64,000 nucleotides of DNA. Source: Lama glama. Its lineage: Eukaryota. A program made the position numbers and the translations under genes. The stretch covers positions 91,700,001 to 91,764,000 of the forward strand of contig CM052817.1 in NCBI GenBank assembly GCA_028534125.1. Direction: 5' to 3'. The stretch's first letter is position 1, and every line of letters starts with the position of its first letter. Under the pieces are notes generated by a model. It was not told where the DNA came from. It worked only from the letters and a program-made list of their open reading frames with translations, and searched no databases. Positions 26,500 through 39,178 of this stretch are shown here, piece by piece.

Positions 26500-27360
26500 G
26501 GTAAAACCTGTATCTAGCAAAATGCACAGATCTTAAGTGGACCATCTGAGTTTTGACAATATGTACACCTGTGTCATTCAAATCCCTATCAAGACATGGA
26601 ACATGACCTCCACTCAAAGTTTTCCTCAGGTCCTTCCCAGCCCCTTTCAGAGGCAAACAATGCTCTAATTTTTTTTCATCTTAGTTTAGTTTTTGCCCAT
26701 TCAGCAGGTACCCCTTGTACAGCGCTTCATTCACTCAGCCAGATGTTTTTGAGATTCGCAGTGCTGTCCTCAGTTGTCTCTTTTCATTGCCGGTGGTGGT
26801 CCATTGTATGGTGTTCACGGTTGGGCCATTCTCTTGGGGATACATTTCCAGGCTGTTTGCAGTGTTTAGCTATTAGGAATAAAGCTGCAGTGAACATTCT
26901 GTGCGAGATTTTTGACATGTGCTTTTTTTGTCCTCTTGGGTAAATATGCAAGAATAAATTGCTGGGTCAAAAAGTATGTTTAGTTTTCTAAGAAACTACC
27001 AGACCTTTTCCTAAATTGGCTGTGTACCATTTTGCATTCCTACCACCATTAGAGGTTTCCAGCATCACCAACATTTTATGTTGTTAGTCTTTTTTAAAAT
27101 TTAGCCATTCTGGGGGGTGGGAAGTGGTATCATCTCGTCGTTTTAAGTCGCAGTTTGCTGCTGGAAAGATGTTGAAAATTTTTCATGTGCCTATTGGTAC
27201 AGTTGTTTATCTTGCTATGTGAGTTTTCTATTCAAAGGTTTGGCCCATTTAATCAAAAAACCAAGTTGTTTTCCTTTCATTATTGAATTGTCAGAGTTCT
27301 CTACATATTTTACATACAAGTCTTTTGTCAGATACATATTTTGTGAGTATTTTCTCAGTT
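26500..27360 (-). mobile_element. Old L1 3' region remnant
   Basis: aataaagctgcagtgaacatt, ttttgcattcctaccacc, tttttcatgtgcctattgg motifs. Confidence 0.65.
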
Positions 27361-27422
27361 TTCACACTAGGTTTGAGAGGCTGCCATAACATTCTGTATC
27401 TTCTCTATTTTGTCCTTCTTAG

Positions 27423-27504
27423 TTTTTGCGACTTGTTTGGGTCTGGTGTACGTATATGCTCGTTACCAGTATTTCTGGGGATATTCAGAAGATGCTAAAA
27501 AAAG
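27423..27504 (+). CDS. MGST2: MGST2 coding exon 4
   Basis: cttcttag| acceptor; (V)FATCLGLVYVYARYQYFWGYSEDAKK(R); donor AG|gtaagg; 82 nt. Confidence 0.97.
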
Positions 27505-27956
27505 GTAAGGAGAACCCAAGAATTGGGTGTTTAGGCAAAAAGTAGCAGGATGGAGTCAGAATTAGCATCATTGATGGCTGTGATGGCAAAAGTGATCGAT
27601 GTTGCCTCAGGCCATGCACAATTAGGTGTGAGACAGGAAATTGTACTGACTGCACTCTTTGCCCACCACAGTTTAAATTCTTCAAAGATTTTGTATTGTC
27701 TCCTGCAAGTACACCAAGGGAAATAATCCCACCTAACCTTGTTAGTCCTTTGAATGTTCAAAGGAGCCACCTGAACTCTGGGGCTAGGCATTGCCTTTAA
27801 TTTATGTGATGAACCAAATTTTTCAAATGGCAAAAAACATGGAAATTCTGGGCAGTGTCTATAGACACGCGAGGTCTGCGCCAGGCTCTCCAGCTATGAA
27901 TTTAGCCCAGGTTATATTTATCACCCCTCTCTCTCATCTCTTATATCCACCCACAG

Positions 27957-28086
27957 GATCACTGGTTTCCGGTTGAGTCTGGGGGTTTTGGCCTTGTTGA
28001 CCATCCTAGGCGCTGTGGGGATTGCCAACAGCTTTCTGGATGAATACCTGGACTTCAACGTTGCCAAGAAACTGAGGCATTTGTAA
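27957..28086 (+). CDS. MGST2: MGST2 coding exon 5 (to stop)
   Basis: ccacag| acceptor; (R)ITGFRLSLGVLALLTILGAVGIANSFLDEYLDFNVAKKLRHL*; spliced CDS totals 441 nt = 146 aa + TAA. Confidence 0.97.
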
Positions 28087-28166
28087 CAGCTCCCTCTCCC
28101 TTTACTCAAATGCTTGCAGATGTTCCATTCTGAGGGTTAGATGGTGTCACTTGTTCAATGAAAAGG

Positions 28167-28172
28167 AATAAA
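28167..28172 (+). terminator. MGST2: MGST2 polyadenylation signal
   Basis: AATAAA 80 nt after stop, followed by a T/GT-rich tract at 28180-28201. Confidence 0.75.
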
Positions 28173-30234
28173 AGGCTCCTTTTTGGGTTTTTTTTTTTTT
28201 TGAAATGGCTTTGTACAAGCATACATTTCCTGTTCATTTAAGAACTGAAGTTTGCTCTGAGGGGATGTATCCATATCACCAGCAGAAGTGTGCTGAGCCC
28301 TGGTTTTGGAAGTGGATGCTGAAGTCATGCCTGCTCACAGGGGAGAAAGTGGCCTGAACTGTCCACATGCAGGGCTGTCCATGGATCGCCGCCATCACTT
28401 GTTTCCAAGTCTGCTTCTCTCTTGTTCCAGACAGATGCTGATAAGGCACCTGAACTCACTTCATTGGTTGCAGGAGAACAACAGATGGCTGCCTGTGGGG
28501 GAAGTCATGCGGTCACATGGAGTAGCCAGAGAAGAGTCATCAACTCATAGCACAAAAAAAAGCTGTGAAAATGCACTTTGTAAAGAAAAGGGGGAAAAGG
28601 CGTGTCATTTTCAAGGAACCATCCACAGAGGAGTGCTCAGGGACTCTGGCCCCTGGGCAGGGGAAGGTGGGTGATGGTCTTAGCCGGAGCCTAGGCTGGG
28701 TTCCCGTGCCACATGGCACTAGGGGCCTGCAGCTGTTGGACCCTGATGTGCAGCCACTGGCTGGCACAATGCAAATGGCCTTCCTTCACCTGTAAAATGG
28801 GAATGAGTGAGTCCACCTCAGAGGCTTCAGGGACCTTAGGAAAATGGAATTAATGAGTGTATATAAGGAGTTGTCTGTAATTTTTCTGAAGTTTGACAGA
28901 CTCTAATGTGGTGTGGACATCTTCAGGAAGCTTTTTATTGGGACTTCTGTGTGTGTGTACAAAGACAGGTTACAGAGGCTATGGATAGTAGAAAAGAAAG
29001 GCATTAACACACTAGCATTTCCAGAATAGTAAGGGAGCAGACATGACAACCTCTGGCATCCCAAATAACAGTGCTAAATATCCCAGAATACTCTACTCTA
29101 TCTGTCTGGGAATGGAGGTATCTGGATACCAGCCCAGTTCCCCCACTTACTAAATAACGCCCTCTGGGTGGTGTACCTTACGCAAAAGAAGTGGAGAGTG
29201 CAGGCCCAGACAGCGCTTGACTGGTCTACCCTTTGCTGGCTGTGCTACCGCAGTGTGGTGTAGCTCTCTGCCTCAGTTTTCTCTCAGCTAAAAAGGGGCT
29301 AATTTTTTAAAATGCTATGATTCTATGGTCTTTTTACTTTTTGGTATTCTGATCAGTTACGGTGATTCATGTTGTAACATTTTCATTGTCTTATACATTG
29401 AATACAGTATCAATAAAGAGAGAATGCAAATTTCATTCTAAAGCACAATTACTGCAAATCATTCTTTGGAAATGGGAAAACCCCCACTATTTTCCAAATA
29501 TTACACTTGAGGATTTTTAAACAATTTCTGTTTTGCATTTAAATAGGAATTACTTAAAGCTGTAAACTACAAACACACACGCACAGTTTGGTTAAACAAC
29601 ATGTGGATAAAGATGGGCCCAGAGTCCCATACAGGATTAATCCTAAGAGGAGCACACCTAGGCATGTTATAACTAAAATGGCAAAAATTAAAGAGAACGT
29701 TAGAAGCAATAAGGGAAAAGTAACAACATACAAGGGAACTCCCATAAGACTATTAGCTGATTTTTCAGCAGAAACCCTGCAGGCCAGGAGGAACGGGCAT
29801 GATATATTTGAAGTGATGACAGTGAAAAACCTACAAGCAAGAATACTCCACCCAGCAAGGCGCTCATACAAATTTGATGGAGAAATCAAAAACTTTACAG
29901 ACAAGCAGAAGCTCAAAGAATTCAGCACCAGTGAACAGGCTTTATAACAAATACTAAAAGAACTTATCTAGGAGGAACAACTTCTGTAGGAGGAAAAGAA
30001 AAGGCCACAACTAGAAACAAAATGGAAAATCTCACTGGTAAAGGCAAAACATTCAATAAAGCTAAGAAGTCACACAAAACTAGGAGGAAGGTTAAGAGAC
30101 AAAAGTAGTAAAAATCACCTGTATCCACAATAAGCAGTTAAGGATACACAAAACAATTAAGTGTTAAAATATGGTATCAAAAACAGTCATTGTGAGGGGA
30201 GAATACAAATGCAAGGTATTTAAAATGCATTTGA

Positions 30235-33200
30235 GATTTCCGGTCAAGATGAGAAGAGTAGTAGGACCATGAGCTCACATCTCTTCTCGACTACAACAGA
30301 ACTACAACTGAGTGCTAAACAACCATCAAAAAAAAGGAACCTAGCAAAAAAGATCTTCTTCAACTGGAAACATAAAGAGGGAACCACAGCGGGCTGGTAG
30401 GAGGGGTGTGCTCATGATATAATCGGTCCCCATACCCCCTGGGTGGGCCACCTAAAAGCTGAACAATAATTAAGTCGTAGAGGCCCTCCCACAGGAGTGA
30501 GTTCTGAGCCCCATGTCAGGCTCCCCAGCCCAGGGTTCCGGCATGGGGAGGAGGAGACCCCAGGACATCTGGTTTTGGAGGCCAGTGGGGCTTAACTCCA
30601 GGAGTCCCATGGGACTGGGGAAGAGACTTCATTCTCTTGGGAAGTACACATAGAATCTCTCATGCAAAGGTCTGAAGGCAGAGGCAGTGATTTCATAGGA
30701 ACCTGGGCCAGACCTGCCTGCTGGCTTTGGAAGGTCTCCTGGGGAGGTAGGGGACAGCTGCAGCTCATACAGGGGACATAAAAGCTGGTAGTGCACATTC
30801 CAGGAGCATTTATCTACATTCCAGGAGTGTTTAGCTTTCCTGGAGGCTGACATTTTGATTGGATTATTAACATCAAGACCTAGCCCCACCCAGCAGCCAG
30901 TAGGCTTAAGGGCTGGGAATCCTCAGGCCAACAACATACTGGTGGGAACACAGCCCCTCCATCAGACTTCCTGAGCCACAAATGCCTCTAGACCTGCCCC
31001 TACCCACCAGAGGTCCAGCACCAATCTTCACACAGTAGTGGGAAGGCACCACCTCCTGCCAGGAAACCTGCATAAGCCTCATCCATCAGGGGGCAGATAT
31101 CAGAAATAAGAAAACAATCCCAAAGCCTGTGGAAGGAATCCACAAATACAGGCCAGACTCTACACTGAGACTGGCTAGACACCGGCCCTTGGGTGACAAG
31201 AGAGGAGGGTACTGCTGGAGAGTTCCACTAATCTGTCTTAAGCTCACCAATCCATTCTTCTGCCTCATTTTGTCTATTCTTGGTTCCTTCTAGTGTGGTA
31301 TTCATTTCAGTAACTTTATTCTTCAGCTCTGGGTATTCTTTATATTTTCCAACTCTTTGCTAAAAACTTTGCTCTGTGCATCTATACTCCTCTTGAATTC
31401 TCTGAATCTTCACCATCATTCCTCTAAACTCTTTCTCAGATAAACTGCCTATCTCCTCATCACTTAGTTCTTCTGGGATTTTGTTCTTCCTTGGCCTGGA
31501 AGATACTTCTCTGCCTCATATTGTCTATCTTTCTATTTGTATTTTTAGGTAGGTTAGTTACATTTCTCAACCTTGGAGAAGTGGCCCTCTGTGGGAGACA
31601 ATGCTATAAGGTTAGAAATAAACCACAAGAAAAAAAAAAAACTGCAAAAACTGGAAACATGTGGAGGGTAAATAATGTACTAAACAACCAATGGATCACT
31701 GAAGAAATCAAAGAGGAAATTAAAAAAAATACTTTGAGACAAATTAAAATGAAAACACAATGATCTCCAAACTTCTGGGACACAGCAAAAGCAGTTCTAA
31801 GAGTGAAGTTTATAACAATACAAGGCTACCTCAGGAAATAAGAAAAATCTCAAGTAAACAACCTAATCTTACACCTATGGCAGCTAGATAAAGACATACA
31901 AACAAAACCCAAAATTAGTAGAAGAAAAGAAATCATAAAGATTAGAGGAGAAATAAATGAAATAGAGACTGAAAAAATAGAAAACTTCAGTGAAACTAAC
32001 AGCTGTTTCTTTGAAAAGATAAAATTGATAAACCTTTTAGTCAGACTCATCAAGAAAAAAGGAAAGGGCCCAAATTAATAAAATAAAAAATGAAAAAGAA
32101 GTTACAACTGATACCACAGAAATATAAGGGATCATAAGAGGCTACTATGAGCAACTATATGACAACAAAATGGAAAACATAGAAGAAATGGGCAATTTCT
32201 TAGAAAGGTACAGTTTGCCAAGACTGAACCAGGAAGAAATAGATAATATGAATAGACCAAATACCAGTACTGAAATTGAATCAGTAATTTTAAAACTCCC
32301 AACAAAAATCCAGGACCAGATGTCTTCACAGGTGAATTCTACCAAACATTTGGAGAAGAGTTAGCCCCTATCCTTCTGAAACTATCCCCCCCCCTCAAAA
32401 AAAAATTGAAGAGGAAGGAACACTTCCAAACTCATTCTATGAGACTATCATCACCCTGATACCAAACCCAAAGATACCACAAAAGAAGAAAATTGCAGGC
32501 CAGTATCACTTATGTATACAGATGCAAAACCCTCAACAAAATACTAGCAAACTGACTTCAACAATACCTTAAAAGGATCATACACCATGATCAAGTGGGA
32601 TTTATCCTAGAGATGCAAGGATTTTTCAATATCTACAAATCAATCAATGTAATACACCACATTAACAAATTGAAGAGCAACAAACCATATGATCATCTCA
32701 ATAGATGCAGAAAAACCTTTTGATAAGCACATCCGTATGTTATAAAAACTCTCCAGAAAGTGAGCACAGATGGAACATATCTCAACCTAATAAAGGCCAT
32801 ACATGACAAATGAACAGCTAACATCATACTCAATGGGGAAAAGCTGAAAGCACTTCCTCTAAAATCAGGAACTAGACAAGGATGTCCACTCTCGCTATTT
32901 TAGTCAACACAGGTTTGGAAGTCCTAGCTGTTAATCAGAGAAGAAAAAGAAATAAAAGGAATCCAAATTGGAAATGAAAAAGTAAAACTGTCACGATTTT
33001 CAGATGACATGTTATGCTACTTAGAAAACCCTAAAGAACTGACCAGAAAACTACTAGAACTCATCAATGAATTTGGTAAAGTTGCAGGATACAAAATCAA
33101 TATACAGAAATCAGTTGCATTTCTATACACTAACAATGAAATAACAGAAAAAGAAATTAAGGAAACAATACCATTCATCATCACACCTAAAAGAACAAAA

Positions 33201-35059
33201 AAACTAAGAATAAACCTACCCAAGGAGGCAGAAGACCTGTACTCCCAAAACTGTAAGGCACTCATGAAATAAAGATAACATAAACAAATGGAAAGATATA
33301 TCATGTTGGGTTGGAAGAATTAATATTGTTAAAATGGCCATACTGCCCAAGGCAATATACAGATTCAATGCAATCTCTATCAAATTACCAACATTTTTTT
33401 TTTTTACAGAGCTGGAACAAAACAAGTTATAATTTGTACAGAAACACAAAAGATTCCAAATAGCCAAAATAATCTTGAAAAAGAATGGAGCTAGGGGAAT
33501 CATTCTCCCTGATTTCAGACAATACTACAAAGCTACAGTAACCAAGACAGTATGGTACTGGCACAAAAAAACAGACACATAGATCAATGGATGGAGCAGG
33601 ATAGAAAGTTCCAGAAATAAACCCACACACTTATGGCCAATTAATTTACAAAAAAGGAGGCAAGGATATACAATTGAGAAAAGACAGTCTCTTCAATAAG
33701 TGGTGCTGGGAAAACTGGACAGCTACCTGTAGAAGACTGAAGTCAAAATATTCTCTAACACCATATTAAAAAAATAAACTCAAAATAGATTAAAGACTTA
33801 AATGTAAGACCAGATACTATAAAACTCCTAGAGGAAAACACAAGCAGAACACTCTTGGACACAAGTTACAGCAATATATTTTTTGAACCAGCTTCTGCAA
33901 TAATGGAAATAAAAGCAAAAATAAACAAATGGGATCTAATTAAACTTAAAAGCTTTTGAACAGCTAAGGATACCATCAACAAAATGAAAAGACAACCTAC
34001 TGAATGGGAGAAAATATTTGCAAATGATGCAACTGACAAGGGACTAATTTCCAAAATATACAAATAGCTGTTACACATTAATATAAAAAAAAAAGCAACC
34101 CAATAAAAAAAATGGGCAGAAGACCTAAATAGACATTTCTCTAAAGAAGACAGACAGATGGCCAACAAGCACATGAAGAGATGCTCAACATTACTAATTG
34201 TTAGAGAAATGCAAATCAAAACTATGGCTGAGATACCACCTCACACAAGCCAGAATAACCATCATTAAAGAGTCTACAAGTGATAAATGCTGGAGAGAGT
34301 GTGGAGAAAAAGGAACACTCCTATACTCTTGGTGGGAATGTAAATTGGTGTAGCCACTATGGAGGACAGTATGGAGGTTTCTTAAAAAACTAAAAATAGT
34401 CTTAGCATATGACCCAGCAATCCCACTCCTGGGCATATATCCAGGAAAAAAAAAATTAAAAAAGACACATGCACCCCAATGTTCATAGCAGCACTATTTT
34501 ACAATAGCCAAGACATGGAAACAATGCAAATGTCCATCAACAGATGACTGGATAAAGAATATGTGGTGTATATATACAATGGAATACTACTCAGCCATAA
34601 AAAAGAATAAAATGCCATTTGCAGCAACAGAATGACAATCTCCAGGTCCATCTAAGTGAAGTAAGGCAGAAAGAGAAAGAAAAATGCCACATGATGTCAC
34701 TTATATGTGGAATCTTTAAAAAAAAGGACACAAATGAACTATTATTTACAACTTAGATGACTGACTTCTTGAATATGTGTAAGCACATTTGACTGTCCCT
34801 CATGAATGGATTACTGTATTCTGTTGATTCTTATTTCATGGTTGGTTTTATTCCTTTGATAATTATATAAGATTAAAAAGCTAAAGCTCCAAACTATTCT
34901 TAGAAACAATGAGCAGTACACATGTGTATATTTTAAAATGGTTTTCTCTCTCAAAGTGTTGCTCTTCCTAGAATAAACTTTGTTTCCAAGAACTTTGGGG
35001 CTAAAATGATAAATTTTATGTTATATATGTTTTATCAATAACTTTTTTTGAAAAGTGAA
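30235..35059 (+). mobile_element. Element B: rearranged L1 (5'UTR, inverted ORF1 piece, partial ORF2, atypical tail)
   Basis: Starts gatttccggtcaagatg (L1 5' end); TSD aaaatgcatttga at 30222-30234 and 35060-35072. Confidence 0.88.
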
Positions 35060-37461
35060 AAAATGCATTTGAAATTAAGAGGTCAGCAGCTTAAAGCAAT
35101 CATATATTCATATTTATATGATTGCTTAGCTGCGCAAAAGCTTTTAAGTTATATATATATAAAACTTTCATATATATATATGACTGCTATACCAAAACCT
35201 CATGGTAACTGCAAACCAAAAATGTATAATTGATATACACACACAAAAAAGAAAAAGGAATCCAAACATAATACTTAAGATAGTCACCAAATCATGAGAA
35301 CAAATGAAGGAAAAAAAAAAGATCTACAAAAACAAATCCAAGACAATTTACAAAATGGCAATAAGAACATATCAATAATTACCTTAAATGTAAATGGACT
35401 AAATGCTCCAAAAAAAGACAGACTGGCTGAATGGATACAAAAATAAGACCTGTAGTTTTGCTGCCCACAAGAGACTCACTTCAGATCTAGAGACACATAC
35501 AGACCAACAGTGAGGGGATGGAAAAGGGTATTCCATGCAAGTAGAAATCAAAAGAAAGCTGGAGCAGCAATACTTATATCACACAAAATAGACTTTAGAA
35601 GACTCTTACCATAAAGGACACTACATAAAGGACACAACATAATGCTCAAGGGATCAATCCAAGAAGAGGATATAACAATTGTGTGTGTGTGTGTCTGTGT
35701 ACATTCATACACATGCACCCATCATAGGAGCACCTTAATATATAAAGCAGTTGTTGAACAGATATAAAAGCAGAAATCAACAATAACAAAATAATAGTGG
35801 GGGACCTTAACACTGCACTTACATCGATGGACAGATCATCTAAACAGAAATCAATAAGGAAACAGGCCCTAAATAACACATTAGACCAGATGGACTTAAC
35901 TGATATCTATAGAGCTTTCTATCTGAAAGCAACAGAATACACATTCTTCGTAAGTGCACATGGAACATTTTCCAGAATCAACCACGTGCTGGCCCACAGA
36001 GCTAGCCTCAGCAAATTTAAGAAAATTGAAATCATACCAAGCATCTTTTCTGACCACAAATGCTGTAAGGTTAGAAATCAGCTACAAGAAAAAAACTGCA
36101 AAAATTTCAAACACGTGGAAGCTAAGCAATATGCTACCAACCAATGGATCACTGAAGAAATGAAAGAACAAATAAAAACATAGAGACAAATCAAAATGAA
36201 AACACTACAATCCAAAGCCTCTGGGACACAGCAAAAGCAGTTCTAAGAGAGAAGTTTATAGAGATACATGCTTACCTCAGAAAACAAGAAAAATCTCAAA
36301 CAACCTAAGCTCTCTAAAGCAACTAAGGAAAGAAGAACAAACAAAACCCAAAGTTAGTAGAAGGAAGGAAATCATAAAGATCAGAGAATAAATAAACAGA
36401 GACAACAATAGAAACAAACAAAAAATCAGTGAAACTAAAAGCTGGTTCTTTGAAAAGATAACCTTTAGCCAGACTCATTATCAATAAAGTTAGAAATGAC
36501 AAATGAGAAATCACAACTGACACCACAGAAATACAAAGGATCATAAGAGTCTATCATGAGCAACTACATGCCAATAAGACAGACAACCTAGAAGTGGGCA
36601 AATTCTTAGAAGGGCACAATCTCCCAAGACAACTAGGAAGAAATAGAAAATATGTGTAGACCAATTATCAGTACTAAATTCAAACAGTAATTTAAAAAAA
36701 CTCCCAACAAACAAAAGTCCAGGACCAGATGGCTTCACAGGTGAATTCTACCAAACATTTAGAGAAGAGTTAGCACCTATCCTTCTGAAACTATTCCAAA
36801 AAATTGAAGGGGAAGGAACACCTCCAAACTCATTCTATGAGGCCACCATCATCCTGGTACCAAAATCAGACAAAGATATCACACAAAAAAGAAAATTACA
36901 GGCCAATATCACTTAGGAACATAGATGCAAAATTCTCAACAAAATCAACTCCAACAATCTATTAAAAGGATCATACACCAAGATCAAGTGACATTTATCC
37001 CAGGAATGCAGGATTTTTCAAAATCCACAAATCAGTTGGTGTGATACAACATGTTAACAAGTTGAAGAATAAAAACCATATGATCATCTCAATAGATGCA
37101 GAAAAACCTTTTGATAAAATTCAACATCCATCTATGATTTAAAAAACTCTCCAGAAAAGCGGGCATAGACAGAACATACCTCAACATAATAAAGGCCTTA
37201 CATGAAAAACACAGCTAATTAACATCATACTGAACGTGGAAACGCTGAAAGCACTTCCTCTAAGATCAGGAACTAGACAAGGATGCCCACTCTCACCATT
37301 TTTAGTCAATATAATTTTGGAAGTCCTAGCTGTTAATCAGAGAAGAAAAAGAAATAAAAGGAATCCAAATTGGAAATGAAGTAAAACTGTCACTGTTTGC
37401 AGATGATATGATACTCTACATAGAAAACCCTAAAAAAGTGATCAGAAAACTACTAGAACAC

Positions 37462-39178
37462 GAGAAATGTAACTAGCCTACCTAAAAGTATAAATAGAAA
37501 GACAGACAATATAAGGTGGTAGAGGAATATCTTCCAGGAAAAGGCACAAGGTAAAATCCCAGAAGAAATAAGTGATGAAGAGATAGGCAATTTATCTGAG
37601 AAAGACTTTGGAGTAATGATGGTGAAGATGTTTAGAGAACTCAAGAGGAATATAGATGCACAGAGTGAAGTTTTTAGCAAAGAGTTGGAATATATAAAGA
37701 ATATCCAAACAGAGTTGAAGAATAAAATCACTGAAATTAATGACACACTAGAAGGAACCAAGAATAGACTAAATGAGGCAGAAGAACAGATCAATGAGCT
37801 AGAAGACAGATTAGTGGAAATCACTACTGCAGAACAGAAAAAAGAAAGAAAGAAAATAAATGAGGATAGTTTAAGAGAACTCTGGGACAACATGAAGCAC
37901 ACTAATGTTCACATTATGGGGGCCCCAGAAAGAGAAGAGAAAGGACCTGAGAAAATCTTTGGAGATACAGTAACCAAAAATGTCCCCAACTTGGGAAAGG
38001 AAACAGTCATCCAAGTCCAGGAAGCGCAGAGAGTTCTACACAGGATCAACCTGAAGAGAAACACACTAAGGCACATTTATCAAATTGACAAAAATTAAGT
38101 ATAAGGATAAAATATTAAAATTAGCAAGAGAAAAGCAACAGATAACATACAAGGGAACTCCCATAAGGTTATCAGTGGAATTTTCAGCAGAAACTCTACA
38201 AGCCAGAAGGGAGTGGCAAAATATACTTAAAGTGATGAAAGGGAAAAATTTACAACCAAAAATATTCTATCCAGCAAGGCTCTCATTCAGATTTGATGGA
38301 GAAATCAAAAACTTCACAGATAAACAAAAGTGAAAAGATTTCAGCACCACCAAACCAGTTGAACAACAAATGTTAAAAGAACTTCTCTGGTCATCAAACC
38401 ATAAGAAAAGAGAACAAAAAAGGAGGGAAAAAAGACCTAAAAAAAATTGCTTTGGCAGTTTGGGGTCTTTATGGTTCCATATACATTTTGGAATTGTTTG
38501 TTCTAGTTCTGTGAAAAATGTCATGAGTATTTTGACAGGAGTTGCATTGGATCTGTAGATTGTTTTGGGAAGTATGGCCATTTTGATAATGCTGATTCTT
38601 CCAATCCAAGAACACAAGATATCTTTCCATTCCTTTGTGTCATTTTCAATTTCCTTCATCAATGTTTTACAGTTTTCATAGTATAGGTAACCTCCTTGGT
38701 TAAGTTTATTTCTAGGTATTTTGTTGTCTTGGTGCAATGGAAATGTTTATGTCAGGTACAAAATTCTGGTTTTTGAAGTGAAAAAAAAAAGTGAATGAAG
38801 GGCTGCAAATGGCAAAATAGCCTTCTTTCTTATGGATGAGTTGTATTCCATTACTTACATATTCTGCATCTTCTTTATCCATTCATTTATTGAGGTGCAT
38901 TTAGGATGCTTCCATATCTTGGCAATTAGAAATAATGTTGCTTTTAATAGCAGGGTGTGTGTATCTTTTTGAATTAATTCTTATTTTGTGGTTGGCATTA
39001 TTCCTTTGATAACTGTGTTAAGTTAAAAAAGCTAAAGCCCTAAACATTCTTAGAAACACCAGTACATATATGTAAATTTTTAAAAAGCACAGTATATTGT
39101 GTATATGTATTTACATGAAATATATAGTATATGTGCAGTCAAGTTGTAACAATTCTAATAAAACTGAAAAATGAAAAA
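37462..39178 (+). mobile_element. Composite HAL1-like element with decayed ORF1, inserted in ORF2 of element A
   Basis: ORF1 frames 37616-38098 and 38085-38333; no sense ORF2; AATAAA 39157-39162; host ORF2 sequence aaaac(tac/t)tagaacac duplicated on both sides. Confidence 0.87.
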
